DNA of 64,000 bases from Candidatus Harrisonbacteria bacterium (GCA_016192685.1 JACPTS010000001.1:225710-289709), one strand, 5' to 3'. Numbered from the stretch's first letter, positions 36,776-46,260 are shown. The notes: generated from the letters alone by a model not told the origin. Made by a program: numbers and translations.

Positions 36776-38563
36776 ATGTTTAAGCTAGTATCTAATTTCA
36801 AACCTACCGGTGACCAGCCGCTCGCAATTGAAAAATTGGTTAATGGAATTAACGCCGATCAAAAAGACCAGGTCCTTTTGGGCGTAACCGGTTCCGGAAA
36901 AACTTTTACCATGGCCTCGGTGATTGAAAAAATTAATCTTCCCACGCTGCTGATTTCTCCTAATAAAACTTTGGCAGCTCAATTATACCAAGAATTCAAA
37001 GCTTTCTTTCCAAATAATGCAGTCCATTATTTTGTTTCCTACTATGACTACTATCAGCCGGAGGCTTATCTGCCACACAGCAATATTTATATCCAAAAAG
37101 ACGCCCGGATTAATAAAGAAATTGATAAATTACGGCACGCAGCTATCCAAAGCGTTCTTAGCCGGCAAGACACTCTGGTAGTGGCATCAGTCTCCTGCAT
37201 TTACGGCATTGGCGACCCCTCGGAATATTTAAAGACTTGCCTGGAATTGAATGCCGGACAAAATATCAGTCCGGCAGACGCCGCCCGGCATTTAAATTTT
37301 CTTCAATATGAACGCGTTACCCAAGAGCCAAACCAGGGGCAATTTAAAATCAGCAAAGATAAATTAAAAATTAATTTAGTAACCGGAGAATTGATTATTT
37401 TAGAATTTAAGGGCCGGAAATTAATCCAGATTTTAAATACTGATTTTTCCCCGACTGAAAAAATCGCGATTTATCCGGCAAAATTCTGGGTGACGCCCCA
37501 AAACAAGATGCGGCTGGCTCTGCAAAATATTAAATCGGAAATGGAAAGTCGGGTGGAAGAATTCCAGTCTGCCAATCGTTTTGAAGAAGCCGACCGGATT
37601 GAAAAACGGACGCTTTTTGATATTGAAATGCTCAAGAAAAACGGCTATGTCAACGGAATTGAAAATTATTCCCGCCATCTGGCTTTCCGCGAAGCCGGCG
37701 AGCCGCCGACAACTTTACTGGATTATTTTCCAAAGCCATTTTTGCTGTTTATAGATGAATCCCATATTGGCATTCCTCAATTAAACGCTATGTACGAAGG
37801 CGATCGCCGACGCAAATCAACCTTAGTTCATTACGGATTCCGTCTGCCGTCTGCTTTGGATAACCGTCCCCTTAAATTTCCTGAATTCCAAGAAAAGATT
37901 GAACAAGCTATTTATGTTTCCGCAACGCCCGGAGCCTACGAATTGGAAAAATCCGGCCAGAATATCGCGGAACAATTAGTCCGGCCAACCGGAATTCTTG
38001 ACCCGGAAATTGAAGTCCGGCCGGTAAATATTCAAATAGAAGATTTATTAAAAGAAATCCAAAAAAGGGTTGGCCAAAATGAACGAGTGTTAGCCCTTAC
38101 CCTGACTAAGCGTTCCGCGGAAGACCTGACTGAATTTTTATTAGGAAAAGGCATCAAGGCTCATTATCTTCATTCGGAAATTAAAACTTTAAAGCGCCCG
38201 GAAATTTTAAACGATCTCCGAAAAGGAATTGTTGACGTTATTGTCGGGATTAACCTTCTGCGGGAGGGTCTGGACTTGCCGGAAGTAAGCTTGGTGGCGA
38301 TTTTAGACGCGGACCGGGAAGGATTTTTGCGGAATTACCGCGGCATTATTCAAATGGCCGGCCGGGCTGCCCGTTCAATAAATGGCAGAGTAATTTTATA
38401 TGCCGATAAAATGACTGATTCAATTAAAAAGGCTATTGCCGAAACTAAACGCCGCCGGAAAATTCAAAAAACTTATAATAGAAAACTTGGCCGGGAACCG
38501 TTTGCGATTAAAAAAGCGATTACCGAATCTGATTTAACAAAAATGGCTGCGCAATCAGCTTAA
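36776..38563 (+). CDS. uvrB: Excinuclease ABC subunit B
   Basis: GVTGSGKTFT, FVSYYDYYQPEAY, IDESH, GINLLREGLDLPEVSLV. Confidence 0.96.
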   Translation: MFKLVSNFKPTGDQPLAIEKLVNGINADQKDQVLLGVTGSGKTFTMASVIEKINLPTLLISPNKTLAAQLYQEFKAFFPNNAVHYFVSYYDYYQPEAYLPHSNIYIQKDARINKEIDKLRHAAIQSVLSRQDTLVVASVSCIYGIGDPSEYLKTCLELNAGQNISPADAARHLNFLQYERVTQEPNQGQFKISKDKLKINLVTGELIILEFKGRKLIQILNTDFSPTEKIAIYPAKFWVTPQNKMRLALQNIKSEMESRVEEFQSANRFEEADRIEKRTLFDIEMLKKNGYVNGIENYSRHLAFREAGEPPTTLLDYFPKPFLLFIDESHIGIPQLNAMYEGDRRRKSTLVHYGFRLPSALDNRPLKFPEFQEKIEQAIYVSATPGAYELEKSGQNIAEQLVRPTGILDPEIEVRPVNIQIEDLLKEIQKRVGQNERVLALTLTKRSAEDLTEFLLGKGIKAHYLHSEIKTLKRPEILNDLRKGIVDVIVGINLLREGLDLPEVSLVAILDADREGFLRNYRGIIQMAGRAARSINGRVILYADKMTDSIKKAIAETKRRRKIQKTYNRKLGREPFAIKKAITESDLTKMAAQSA

Positions 38564-38569
38564 AAAGAA

Positions 38570-38602
38570 AAAGCCCTCCGACTTGCTTAGTCGGAGGGCT
38601 TT
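38570..38602. terminator. Bidirectional terminator
   Basis: aaagccctccgact-tgctt-agtcggagggcttt. Confidence 0.7.
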
Positions 38603-38638
38603 GTTTACGGGGCAGGCAGCGTATTGCCCTGCCCTGCC

Positions 38639-38989
38639 TTAGCCGCACAGCTCCTGCCAGCGTCGGAGAGCCCGGCCCTTGTGATAGCCGATCGGCGCGA
38701 ACCCATCAGCCCTGTGCCTAGCCTCGGCCTTCTTCTGCTCAATCCAGCGGACTGGAACGGGCAAGAACCCCGTGTTCGGCTGCTGAACCTGTTTCTTCTG
38801 AATCGCTTCCAGAACGCGATTCAGGCCGTGCTTCTCGGCATACCGCTCGGCTTCGGCGAAGCCGCTGGACTGGATGATCCGGCGGAGCACCCTGTCCGGA
38901 TGCCGGTCGCGGCCGGCATCCGCCCGGTGAGTCTTCTGACTGCCGCAGCTCACGCTCTTTGGCGCGCCTTTCTTTTTCCGCTGATTCAT
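38639..38989 (-). CDS. Hypothetical basic protein (GC-rich islet)
   Basis: Strong SD aaaggaggag before ATG; 116 aa; hairpins downstream. Confidence 0.6.
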   Translation of the reverse strand: MNQRKKKGAPKSVSCGSQKTHRADAGRDRHPDRVLRRIIQSSGFAEAERYAEKHGLNRVLEAIQKKQVQQPNTGFLPVPVRWIEQKKAEARHRADGFAPIGYHKGRALRRWQELCG

Positions 38990-39004
38990 ACTCCTCCTTT
39001 TTGA

Positions 39005-39181
39005 CTATCTGATTTTTCGAAAGACCACCGGCTCTCCACACGCCGTGTGCATTAAAACTGCGCGGGCGCTTCCGTACTGCCAACGGCTTTTTGCCACCAG
39101 AATCGTCCTGGAAGCAAACTGAATGCTGAGTCGGCTGGGATTTACCCAAACCGCCCCGCAAAACTTCTGTCTTATTTCCAA
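39005..39181 (-). CDS. Hypothetical 58-aa protein (not in ORF track)
   Basis: SD aggagg then TTG; MEIRQKFCGAVWVNPSRLSIQFASRTILVAKSRWQYGSARAVLMHTACGEPVVFRKIR; ends just before the next SD. Confidence 0.5.
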   Translation of the reverse strand: MEIRQKFCGAVWVNPSRLSIQFASRTILVAKSRWQYGSARAVLMHTACGEPVVFRKIR

Positions 39182-39229
39182 GGTATCCTCCTATTTCCAA
39201 AGAACAGCAACTCGCTTTAACTACTATAT

Positions 39230-39258
39230 AGTATATAACACTATAACCATTTTGTCAA
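39230..39258 (-). promoter_or_regulatory. Sigma70-type promoter for the two-gene islet
   Basis: TTGACA-17 nt-TATACT on the minus strand, back to back with TTGACC (39261) of the rpsT promoter. Confidence 0.65.
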
Positions 39259-39314
39259 TATTGACCAACTTCCCTAATCGCTATACGCTATACGCTATAC
39301 GCTAAATCAAAATT

Positions 39315-39599
39315 ATGATTACCCAATCAGCTAAAAAAGCCTATCGCCAAAACCTGCGGCGCCGAGCCCAGAATGTTCAAAGAAAATCAGCGCTTAAAAA
39401 AGTTTTAAAAAACTATAAAAACCTGGTGACGGCCAAAAATCTGGAAGCGGCGAAAAACGAACTGCCCAAAGTCTATAAAGCGCTGGATAAAGCCGCCAAA
39501 GTTAATTTAATTAAAGATAATAAAGCCTCTCGGCTAAAATCCAGGCTAACTAAATTAGTTACTAGCCTGCCTGCCGGCAGGCAGGTCGCTCACCACTAA
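39315..39599 (+). CDS. rpsT: 30S ribosomal protein S20
   Basis: SAKKAYRQNLRRRAQN...ALDKAAKVNLIKDNKASRLKSRL. Confidence 0.94.
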   Translation: MITQSAKKAYRQNLRRRAQNVQRKSALKKVLKNYKNLVTAKNLEAAKNELPKVYKALDKAAKVNLIKDNKASRLKSRLTKLVTSLPAGRQVAHH

Positions 39600-40397
39600 A
39601 TCTAAAAGGGCTTCTTCATACTCTAGCTTCCCGATTTTTATTGCCGCGTCATAATCCGCGGCTTTTTGTTTCCAACTAGAATCAGCGTAAGGAGAAACTG
39701 CTAAAATATTAAAAATCATTCTAGGTTCTTCGCTTCTTTCCAAAAGCTCTTCCAACAAAGCCAGGCGCTGGCCAATATTTTTGGAACTCCGCATTTGGTC
39801 AATTGCTAAAAAGATATTAATCGGCAGCAAGGCGTGCAAATGATTTTCCAAAACTTTTTTGGTAATTTTTTTTTCATCTAAAAGCGCCAGTTTATCCAAT
39901 TCGGTAATCAGTCCCCAGGAATCGCCTGCATAAACCTGAAGCAGTAAATTCTGGCTTTCTTTATCAAAAATCAAACCGCGCCCATTAGCCTCTTTCAATA
40001 AAAATTTCTCCGGCTGGCCGCCGGTTAAATTTTCAAATTCTTGCGATAAATTCGGTTTATCTAAATCCAATAAGAAGCTGAAATTTTTAGCCGGCTTTTT
40101 ATTTTCCGAAATAACCAGAGTCGGCTCTTTAGATCTGGAATTTTCTTTAAGCAAAGCAACGTACTCTTTTTCCAACGCCTCATCTAATAAACTTCCGTTA
40201 TTTATAATTCCCAATTTTACCTTATCAAAAAGCGATTGCGCTTTTGTAAAATCTTTCAGCTTATCTAATCCGCCTACCTGCTCTAAATCAAAACTTTCCA
40301 CCGCAAAACTAGAGTGCTTATTTTTATAATCCGCAATAATCTCTTTTAATTTTTGCTGTCTTCTATATGAATCAGCTCCATATAAGTAAATAATCAT
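39555..40397 (-). CDS. holA: DNA polymerase III delta subunit
   Basis: MIIYLYGADSY, SLF motif, ELDKLALL; holA next to rpsT is a common arrangement. Confidence 0.8.
   Translation of the reverse strand: MIIYLYGADSYRRQQKLKEIIADYKNKHSSFAVESFDLEQVGGLDKLKDFTKAQSLFDKVKLGIINNGSLLDEALEKEYVALLKENSRSKEPTLVISENKKPAKNFSFLLDLDKPNLSQEFENLTGGQPEKFLLKEANGRGLIFDKESQNLLLQVYAGDSWGLITELDKLALLDEKKITKKVLENHLHALLPINIFLAIDQMRSSKNIGQRLALLEELLERSEEPRMIFNILAVSPYADSSWKQKAADYDAAIKIGKLEYEEALLDLVVSDLPAGRQASN
39566..39585. repeat. Perfect 20-bp palindrome in the rpsT/holA overlap
   Basis: cctgcctgccggcaggcagg encodes LPAGRQ in both proteins. Confidence 0.85.
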
Positions 40398-40419
40398 GAT
40401 AATTTAATAATCGATAAGA

Positions 40420-40482
40420 ACCAGAGCACATAAATGAATTTATGTGCTCGGCCGAGCATATAACTTGATTATATGCTCTGGT
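40420..40482. repeat. Compound (two-arm) palindrome between mutM and holA
   Basis: acca[gagcacataaat-ga-atttatgtgctc]ggcc[gagcatataa-cttga-ttatatgctc]tggt. Confidence 0.75.
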
Positions 40483-40503
40483 CCGGCCCGTATAAAAATA
40501 TAA

Positions 40504-41412
40504 TCATAGTTTCTGACACTTTGGACAAAAATGCGCCGACCTCTCTCCTATTTTAACTCTTCTTATTTTCGTTTTACATCGCTGGCACGGTTCGCCTTCC
40601 CGTTGATAAACCAAGCGATAATCGGTATAGCCGCCTTCTTTGCCGGCCGTATCCCGATAATCGCTGGTGGAAGTGCCGCGTAATTTTAAAGCTTTTTCTA
40701 AAACTTTGTGAATAGCAATCCAAATTCCTTTTAATTCTTTTTCCGATAATTTATTTGCCGGCTTTAAAGGGTGAATTTTCGCTTTCCATAAAATATCATC
40801 CGAATAAATATTGCCGATTCCGGCAATCACTTCTTGGTCCATTAAAACTTGTTTGATTTTTCTTTTTTCTAACTTTATTAACTTTACGAACTTTATAAAC
40901 TTGAAACTTTTATCCAATGGCTCCGGGCCGAGATTTTTAAGCTCCGGCAAATTTTCAATCTGTTCCTTAGTTCCTAAAATAATTTTCCCGAATTTTCGCA
41001 AGTCCGAAAATCCGAGCATTTTCCTATTATCTAAATAAAAAATTAAATGGATATATTGATTATACGGGTCTTCCACGACTTCTTTCGGCTCTAAAGGAAT
41101 AATCTTTTTACTTTCAACTTTCCACTTTCCAACTAAAAGATGCCCGGTCATTTTAAGATGAATCAGCATCATTAAATTGTTTGATAAATAAAATAAAAGA
41201 TTTTTTGCCCGGCGCCGGACGCTTAAAATTTTCTTTCCTTTTATTGCCTTTTCAAAAACCGCCGCGTGCTTATGGGAAATTTTATTTCTTTGCTGGTCCA
41301 GCGGGTCTTTCAGCATTTTCGGCCAATCAAACCAAACGCCGGTAATCCGGCGTCCTGCAACTTTCTTATTTAAATCATTAACAATGGTTTGAACCTCCGG
41401 AAGCTCGGGCAT
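40504..41412 (-). CDS. mutM: Formamidopyrimidine-DNA glycosylase
   Basis: MPELPEV, HLKMTG, D.RKFG, GIGNIYSD, C-terminal zinc finger. Confidence 0.95.
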   Translation of the reverse strand: MPELPEVQTIVNDLNKKVAGRRITGVWFDWPKMLKDPLDQQRNKISHKHAAVFEKAIKGKKILSVRRRAKNLLFYLSNNLMMLIHLKMTGHLLVGKWKVESKKIIPLEPKEVVEDPYNQYIHLIFYLDNRKMLGFSDLRKFGKIILGTKEQIENLPELKNLGPEPLDKSFKFIKFVKLIKLEKRKIKQVLMDQEVIAGIGNIYSDDILWKAKIHPLKPANKLSEKELKGIWIAIHKVLEKALKLRGTSTSDYRDTAGKEGGYTDYRLVYQREGEPCQRCKTKIRRVKIGERSAHFCPKCQKL

Positions 41413-41420
41413 AAACAAAA

Positions 41421-42632
41421 TTATTGATTCCTAATTTCTCTTTGCGGAATCAAGTGCGGATCAGTCGGCAAAGTAAAATGAAAAGTTGAACCGCGGCCAA
41501 CTTCAGATTCCGCCCAAATCTGACCGCCGTGGCGGGTAATAATATTCTTTACAATATAAAGGCCGAGGCCGGAACCGATAGTTTCCTTCGTAAGGGCATT
41601 CTCCGCCCGGAAAAATTTAGTAAAAAGCTTATCCATTGATTCTTTCGGAATGCCCATTCCGGTATCAGAAATTTTTATCTCCGCGAAGGGCGCCTCCTCC
41701 CGGCGCGCAACGCTTACTGTCACTTGGCCGTTTGGCAGATTATATTTAATCGCGTTTTCCAAAAGATTAGAGACCGCCAAAGTTAATTTTTCCGTATCTA
41801 TTTCTACTTCTAAAGAAACCTCTTTGGGCGGCTCCATGTAAATTTTAATATTATACTCTTTTGCTACCGGAGAAGCTTGGTCTAAAATAGATTGTAAAAA
41901 GGCGACTAAATCCGCTTTCTGGAATTTATAGCCGAACATCCCTTCTTCAATTTTAGAAATATTCAGCAAATCTTCCACAATTTTCAATAAATTATTGGCC
42001 GCCGCCAATCCGGTTTCCGCCAATTCCTTTTGCGAATCGGTCAATTTCTCATTTTTCAGGGATTGGTAGGCCCAGGTTACGGCAGAAAGCGGCGTTCGCA
42101 GCTGATGGGCGGCCACGGTAATAAAATCATTTTTAGATTTTAAAAGCTCTGTTTCCCGCGTTTGGTCGTGGATAATCTTTAAAAATCCGGCCACTTCCCC
42201 TTTTTCATTTTTTATCCGGTCAGTAATCACCCGAAGTTCCAGCGGCGGCTCGGAAAAAGAAATATCCACTATTTGCGGATAAAGCCCTTCCGGAGATTGC
42301 CTGATAACCAAAGGCGCGAGAGATTGAAAAATAACTTTTGCCAGCACTCCCAGTTTTTGGTCACGGGCATCTTCCGGAACCATTTTTTTATTCAAAAGTT
42401 CCTCTTTACGGAGGTTAAAAATTGTTTCGGCGGCCGGACTAAACATTGCTATCCTAAAATCCTGGTCATAAATAATAATACCGTCATTCATGCTGGCAAT
42501 AATATTATCTATGCGCAATTTTTCTAACCGCAATCCGGCAACTTCCCTGTTTTTCTCGTTCAATTTCAAAAAAAGAGCCGCGATTACCGCTCCAGAAATC
42601 AATAAAATTAAAATTAATAAAATTGAAAGCAT
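41421..42632 (-). CDS. PAS-domain sensor histidine kinase
   Basis: TM helix, PAS, AAHQLRTPL, NLLENAIKY, DTGMGI, GSGLGL. Confidence 0.92.
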   Translation of the reverse strand: MLSILLILILLISGAVIAALFLKLNEKNREVAGLRLEKLRIDNIIASMNDGIIIYDQDFRIAMFSPAAETIFNLRKEELLNKKMVPEDARDQKLGVLAKVIFQSLAPLVIRQSPEGLYPQIVDISFSEPPLELRVITDRIKNEKGEVAGFLKIIHDQTRETELLKSKNDFITVAAHQLRTPLSAVTWAYQSLKNEKLTDSQKELAETGLAAANNLLKIVEDLLNISKIEEGMFGYKFQKADLVAFLQSILDQASPVAKEYNIKIYMEPPKEVSLEVEIDTEKLTLAVSNLLENAIKYNLPNGQVTVSVARREEAPFAEIKISDTGMGIPKESMDKLFTKFFRAENALTKETIGSGLGLYIVKNIITRHGGQIWAESEVGRGSTFHFTLPTDPHLIPQREIRNQ

Positions 42633-42640
42633 ATAAAAAA

Positions 42641-44116
42641 TTAATCCAGCTCTCCCCAATTTTTGCCGATTTTAGCTGTCACCTTAATCGGCACTTCCAG
42701 CTCATAAGCGCTTTCCATAATTTTCCGAATCAACGCCATTGCCTCTTTTATTATATTCTCCTTAATTTCAAACAACAATTCATCGTGGATTGTCAGGAGC
42801 ATCCGAACTTGGTTGCCATACCATCCTTTTTTCTCCAATTCTGGTTTTAATTTCACCATGGCAATTTTGATGATATCCGCGGCGAGGCCCTGCACCGGCA
42901 TATTAATCGCCGCCCGCTCAGCTTCAGCCGCTTCGCTTCTAAACATAGAAGCGGCTTGAAGCAGCCACCGGCGGCGGCCATTTAAATTCATCACATAACC
43001 AAAAGTCCGAGTTTGCGCCTTTACTTCTTCCTGCCACTCTTTAATTTTTTTAAAATCGCTGAAATATTCATCAATAAATTTTCGGGCTTCAACCGCGCTT
43101 AAGCCGCTTGTCTTAGCAAAAGCAAATGCACCCATTCCATAAACCACCCCGAAATTCAAAGTTTTTGCCAATCGCCGCATTTCCGGCGTAACTTTTTCCA
43201 AAGACACATTAAAAACATTCGCCGCCGTTAATTTATGAATATCCAAATCATTATTAAACGCTTCCATCATTTTTGGATCGCCGGAAAGGGAAGCCAGTAC
43301 CCGCAGTTCAATCTGCGAATAATCAAAGGCCGCCAGCATAAATCCTTTTTCTACAATGAAAGCACGGCGAACTTTTCTACCCCAAGCACCCTCAATGGGA
43401 ATATTTTGAAGATTCGGATTTTGCGAGCTTAAGCGGCCGGTGGAAGTGCCGGTTTGTATATAGGTAGTATGCACCCGCCCATCTTTCCCAACTAATTCCT
43501 GAAGCGGCCGGACATAAGTAGATTGAAGCTTAAAAAGTTCCCGGTATTCTAAAAGGTGTTTTACGATTGGGTGGCGATTTTTTATTAAAGATAAAGTTTG
43601 TTCGTTGGTGGAAATTTGACCGGTCTTGGTTTTCTTAACGCCGGCAATGTCAATTTTTAATTTCTTAAAAAGAATTTCTCCGAGTTGTTTCGGCGAATTA
43701 ATGTTAAAAGTCCCGCCGGCTTCTTTATAAATTGCTTTTACCAATTTTTTTATTTCGCCGTCTAATTCTTTATCTAATCTCTTTAAATAAGCCGAATCTA
43801 TTTTAATGCCGGCGTCCTCCATCTCCGCAAGCGCTGAAACTAATGGCATCTCCACATCATAAAAAAGTTTTTCCAGTTTATATTCTTTTAATTTCTTAAC
43901 GGCATAATTGTATAACTCTCCTTTTAAGTCTTGTCTCGAGCTCGCCGCTGGGTCTTTATGCAAAAATTTCTTACTCAAATTTTCCAAGCTATAATCTCCT
44001 TCGTCCGGATTCAAAAGCCAATAAGCGATTCCTAAATCAAAATATTCCGCCGGCGGCTTTTTGCCGATGCGCTTAAATTCCTTTATTTTTTCCTTAATAT
44101 TAAAATCGGTTAGCAT
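42641..44116 (-). CDS. polA: DNA polymerase I, polymerase domain (split polA, C-terminal part)
   Basis: TGRLSSQNPNLQNIP, DYSQIELR, AKTLNFGVVYG, TIHDEL; no 5'-3' exonuclease. Confidence 0.93.
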   Translation of the reverse strand: MLTDFNIKEKIKEFKRIGKKPPAEYFDLGIAYWLLNPDEGDYSLENLSKKFLHKDPAASSRQDLKGELYNYAVKKLKEYKLEKLFYDVEMPLVSALAEMEDAGIKIDSAYLKRLDKELDGEIKKLVKAIYKEAGGTFNINSPKQLGEILFKKLKIDIAGVKKTKTGQISTNEQTLSLIKNRHPIVKHLLEYRELFKLQSTYVRPLQELVGKDGRVHTTYIQTGTSTGRLSSQNPNLQNIPIEGAWGRKVRRAFIVEKGFMLAAFDYSQIELRVLASLSGDPKMMEAFNNDLDIHKLTAANVFNVSLEKVTPEMRRLAKTLNFGVVYGMGAFAFAKTSGLSAVEARKFIDEYFSDFKKIKEWQEEVKAQTRTFGYVMNLNGRRRWLLQAASMFRSEAAEAERAAINMPVQGLAADIIKIAMVKLKPELEKKGWYGNQVRMLLTIHDELLFEIKENIIKEAMALIRKIMESAYELEVPIKVTAKIGKNWGELD

Positions 44117-44135
44117 ATTTTTATATAATTTTTTA

Positions 44136-44175
44136 TTTATCCAGTTATCAAGCTCGAGCTTGATAACTGGATAAA
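44136..44175. repeat. Perfect 40-bp palindrome, copy 1
   Basis: tttatccagttatcaagctc|gagcttgataactggataaa. Confidence 0.95.
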
Positions 44176-44222
44176 CTTATTTTCTGTTCCTGCCAAACTT
44201 AAATCAATAATTACACTAATAA

Positions 44223-44789
44223 CTATATCTTAAAATAATGTTTAAACTTCTCTTCGCCTTCAAAATTGCTAATATTGAAAATAAGCACATATTTTCTAAT
44301 TTCAAATACTGAACAAATAAAATCCAGTTCTTTTTCACACTCATATGGCGTTAAAAATACACTTTCCTGAATTGGGTAAAAGTTAAGTTGATTTAATTTT
44401 TGTCGCAATGCCTCTCTAGCTTTCTTTTTGGCATTAGGAATATCAAATATTACCATTCTCCACTTTTTATCCCATTTCCTTTTGGTATCAAGCTTAAGAT
44501 TATCAAGATTATATTTTAACTCTATCGTTTTTCCGGCCCTTGTTAAAACAATTTTAATATCTCCATTAGCTAATTCTTGATAATTAATCAGGTTTCTTGC
44601 TTGAAGATTTTTTAAGTCACGCAAAAATTTTTCTCTTTCAAATCGCTTTTTTCTAAAATAAATTCTAACTAAATCGCGGACGAGCTGCGCTCCGCTTGCC
44701 GGAGCAATGCTGGAAAGAACAATAAATCCACCGGCAAGAAAAGCGTATTTCAAAATTTGATAAGGCTTAGAATCCTTCCGCAGGCGCAT
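44223..44789 (-). CDS. PaaX-family / Cas2-like (ferredoxin-fold) protein
   Basis: Basic wHTH-like N-terminal part (IVLTRAG), then WDKKWRMVIFDIP...REALRQKL..LNFYPIQESVF. Confidence 0.75.
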   Translation of the reverse strand: MRLRKDSKPYQILKYAFLAGGFIVLSSIAPASGAQLVRDLVRIYFRKKRFEREKFLRDLKNLQARNLINYQELANGDIKIVLTRAGKTIELKYNLDNLKLDTKRKWDKKWRMVIFDIPNAKKKAREALRQKLNQLNFYPIQESVFLTPYECEKELDFICSVFEIRKYVLIFNISNFEGEEKFKHYFKI

Positions 44790-44810
44790 AAATAAAATTT
44801 AGCCTAACAT

Positions 44811-44856
44811 TATCCTATCCAGTTATCAAGCTCGAGCTTGATAACTGGATAGGATA
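44811..44856. repeat. Perfect 46-bp palindrome, copy 2
   Basis: tatcctatccagttatcaagctc|gagcttgataactggataggata. Confidence 0.95.
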
Positions 44857-44921
44857 TAAAACTCTTGTAAAAAAGTTTTCTTTGAAGTATAATTTCAATA
44901 GAAAAAATTGAGAATAAACAA

Positions 44922-45650
44922 ATGAAAACCACTTCCAATCTTCTAGATTTACTATTCCAAAATCGTTCCCGATTTCGCGACGTGATTCCAAAATCATTAT
45001 TCAAAAAACCGCACCGAGAAGTTAATTTGCCCGAAGAAGTTTTAAAGTTTTTTAAGCGGCATTCAAGACTAAAAATTTCACCCAAAGAAATCACTAATCC
45101 GGATAAATGCGCGCAATTAGTTAAGCAAATCCATAAAGAGCTTGGGCTAGTTTGGAGCTGTGGCGGCTGGCTGGAAAATCGGGAAAAACTGCTCGCCGAA
45201 ACTTATCTTAAAGAAACTAAATCCTGGATTCATCTGGGTATTGATATTAATGTTCCGGTTGGCACGCCAGTTTTAGCGACAGCAAATGGCGTTGTTCATC
45301 TGGTTGATTCAGATTTTCCGGAAAAAGGCGGCTGGGGGAATTTTGTAATTATTGAACATCAAATTGCCGAGGTTAAATTTTACAGCATCTACGGACACTT
45401 AGCCTCTACTGCTTTAGTTAATGAAGATAAAACAGTCCTGGCTGGCGAAGCAGTTGGCAAAGTCGGCACCACCAAAGAAAACGGATTTTGGTTCCCACAT
45501 ACTCATTTCCAACTTATTTCCGAAACAGAAATGAGACGACAAGAAAAACCTTTTACTTTAGACGGCTATGGCTCGCCAAAAAATTTGGATTATTTACGAG
45601 AAAATTATCCAAATCCTTTGACAGTCTTACCAATGGGAAACAAAGATTAA
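44922..45650 (+). CDS. M23-family metallopeptidase
   Basis: HLGIDINVPVGTPVLA (HxxxD), GWGNFVIIEH, YSIYGHL, PHTHFQ (HxH). Confidence 0.85.
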   Translation: MKTTSNLLDLLFQNRSRFRDVIPKSLFKKPHREVNLPEEVLKFFKRHSRLKISPKEITNPDKCAQLVKQIHKELGLVWSCGGWLENREKLLAETYLKETKSWIHLGIDINVPVGTPVLATANGVVHLVDSDFPEKGGWGNFVIIEHQIAEVKFYSIYGHLASTALVNEDKTVLAGEAVGKVGTTKENGFWFPHTHFQLISETEMRRQEKPFTLDGYGSPKNLDYLRENYPNPLTVLPMGNKD

Positions 45651-45691
45651 GCGGCCTAAAAAGGCCGCTTTTATAATCCTAATTTAAATAA

Positions 45692-46249
45692 TTACTTATA
45701 CGATTTTAGTAAAATTCTTTCTTTAGAGCTTAATCTTAATTGAATTTTATCTAAATTAATAAAAATAGATTTATCTTTTTTAAATTTTTGAATGGTTTTA
45801 ATAATTAAGTTTATAAATTTTCTTGATTTAAGAAATCCAATAGTAATGTGAAAATTCATTACCTCTTTTGGATCAGAAATTGTTGGGATAATTTTTGAAA
45901 TTTCTTTCATAATAATTTTATAAAATCTGGCTAACCTCTTCGTATTTAATACCTTAATGTAAACAATTGGTGGAGCCTCGGAATCGTATTTATTAACCTT
46001 AAACATTAAAACATTACCGATCAATATTTTAATCGGGAAAAACTGGTCCGCATTTAAAACAACCACTTTTTTAATTAAGTTCAGTATTTGTTTGCTTGGT
46101 TTAGAATTGCTCAAATATGCAACACTAATATGTAGACGTCTTTTCTCTACAAAATTACAAAAGGGTGATAATTCTTTTTTATATTTAGCATATCTTTTAA
46201 CAATGCTTTGGTAAGAATCTACCGGAATGCGTATCGTAACAATAGACAT
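45692..46249 (-). CDS. 2H-phosphoesterase (2'-5' RNA ligase-like) protein
   Basis: Two HxS/T motifs, LHISVAYL and FHITIGFL; very AT-rich. Confidence 0.65.
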   Translation of the reverse strand: MSIVTIRIPVDSYQSIVKRYAKYKKELSPFCNFVEKRRLHISVAYLSNSKPSKQILNLIKKVVVLNADQFFPIKILIGNVLMFKVNKYDSEAPPIVYIKVLNTKRLARFYKIIMKEISKIIPTISDPKEVMNFHITIGFLKSRKFINLIIKTIQKFKKDKSIFINLDKIQLRLSSKERILLKSYK

Positions 46250-46260
46250 AATAAAACAAT

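Noticed and set aside
38624-39200. ORFs 38624-39004 (+) and 38739-39200 (-)
   Set aside because: They lack SD support and overlap the two SD-supported minus-strand ORFs.
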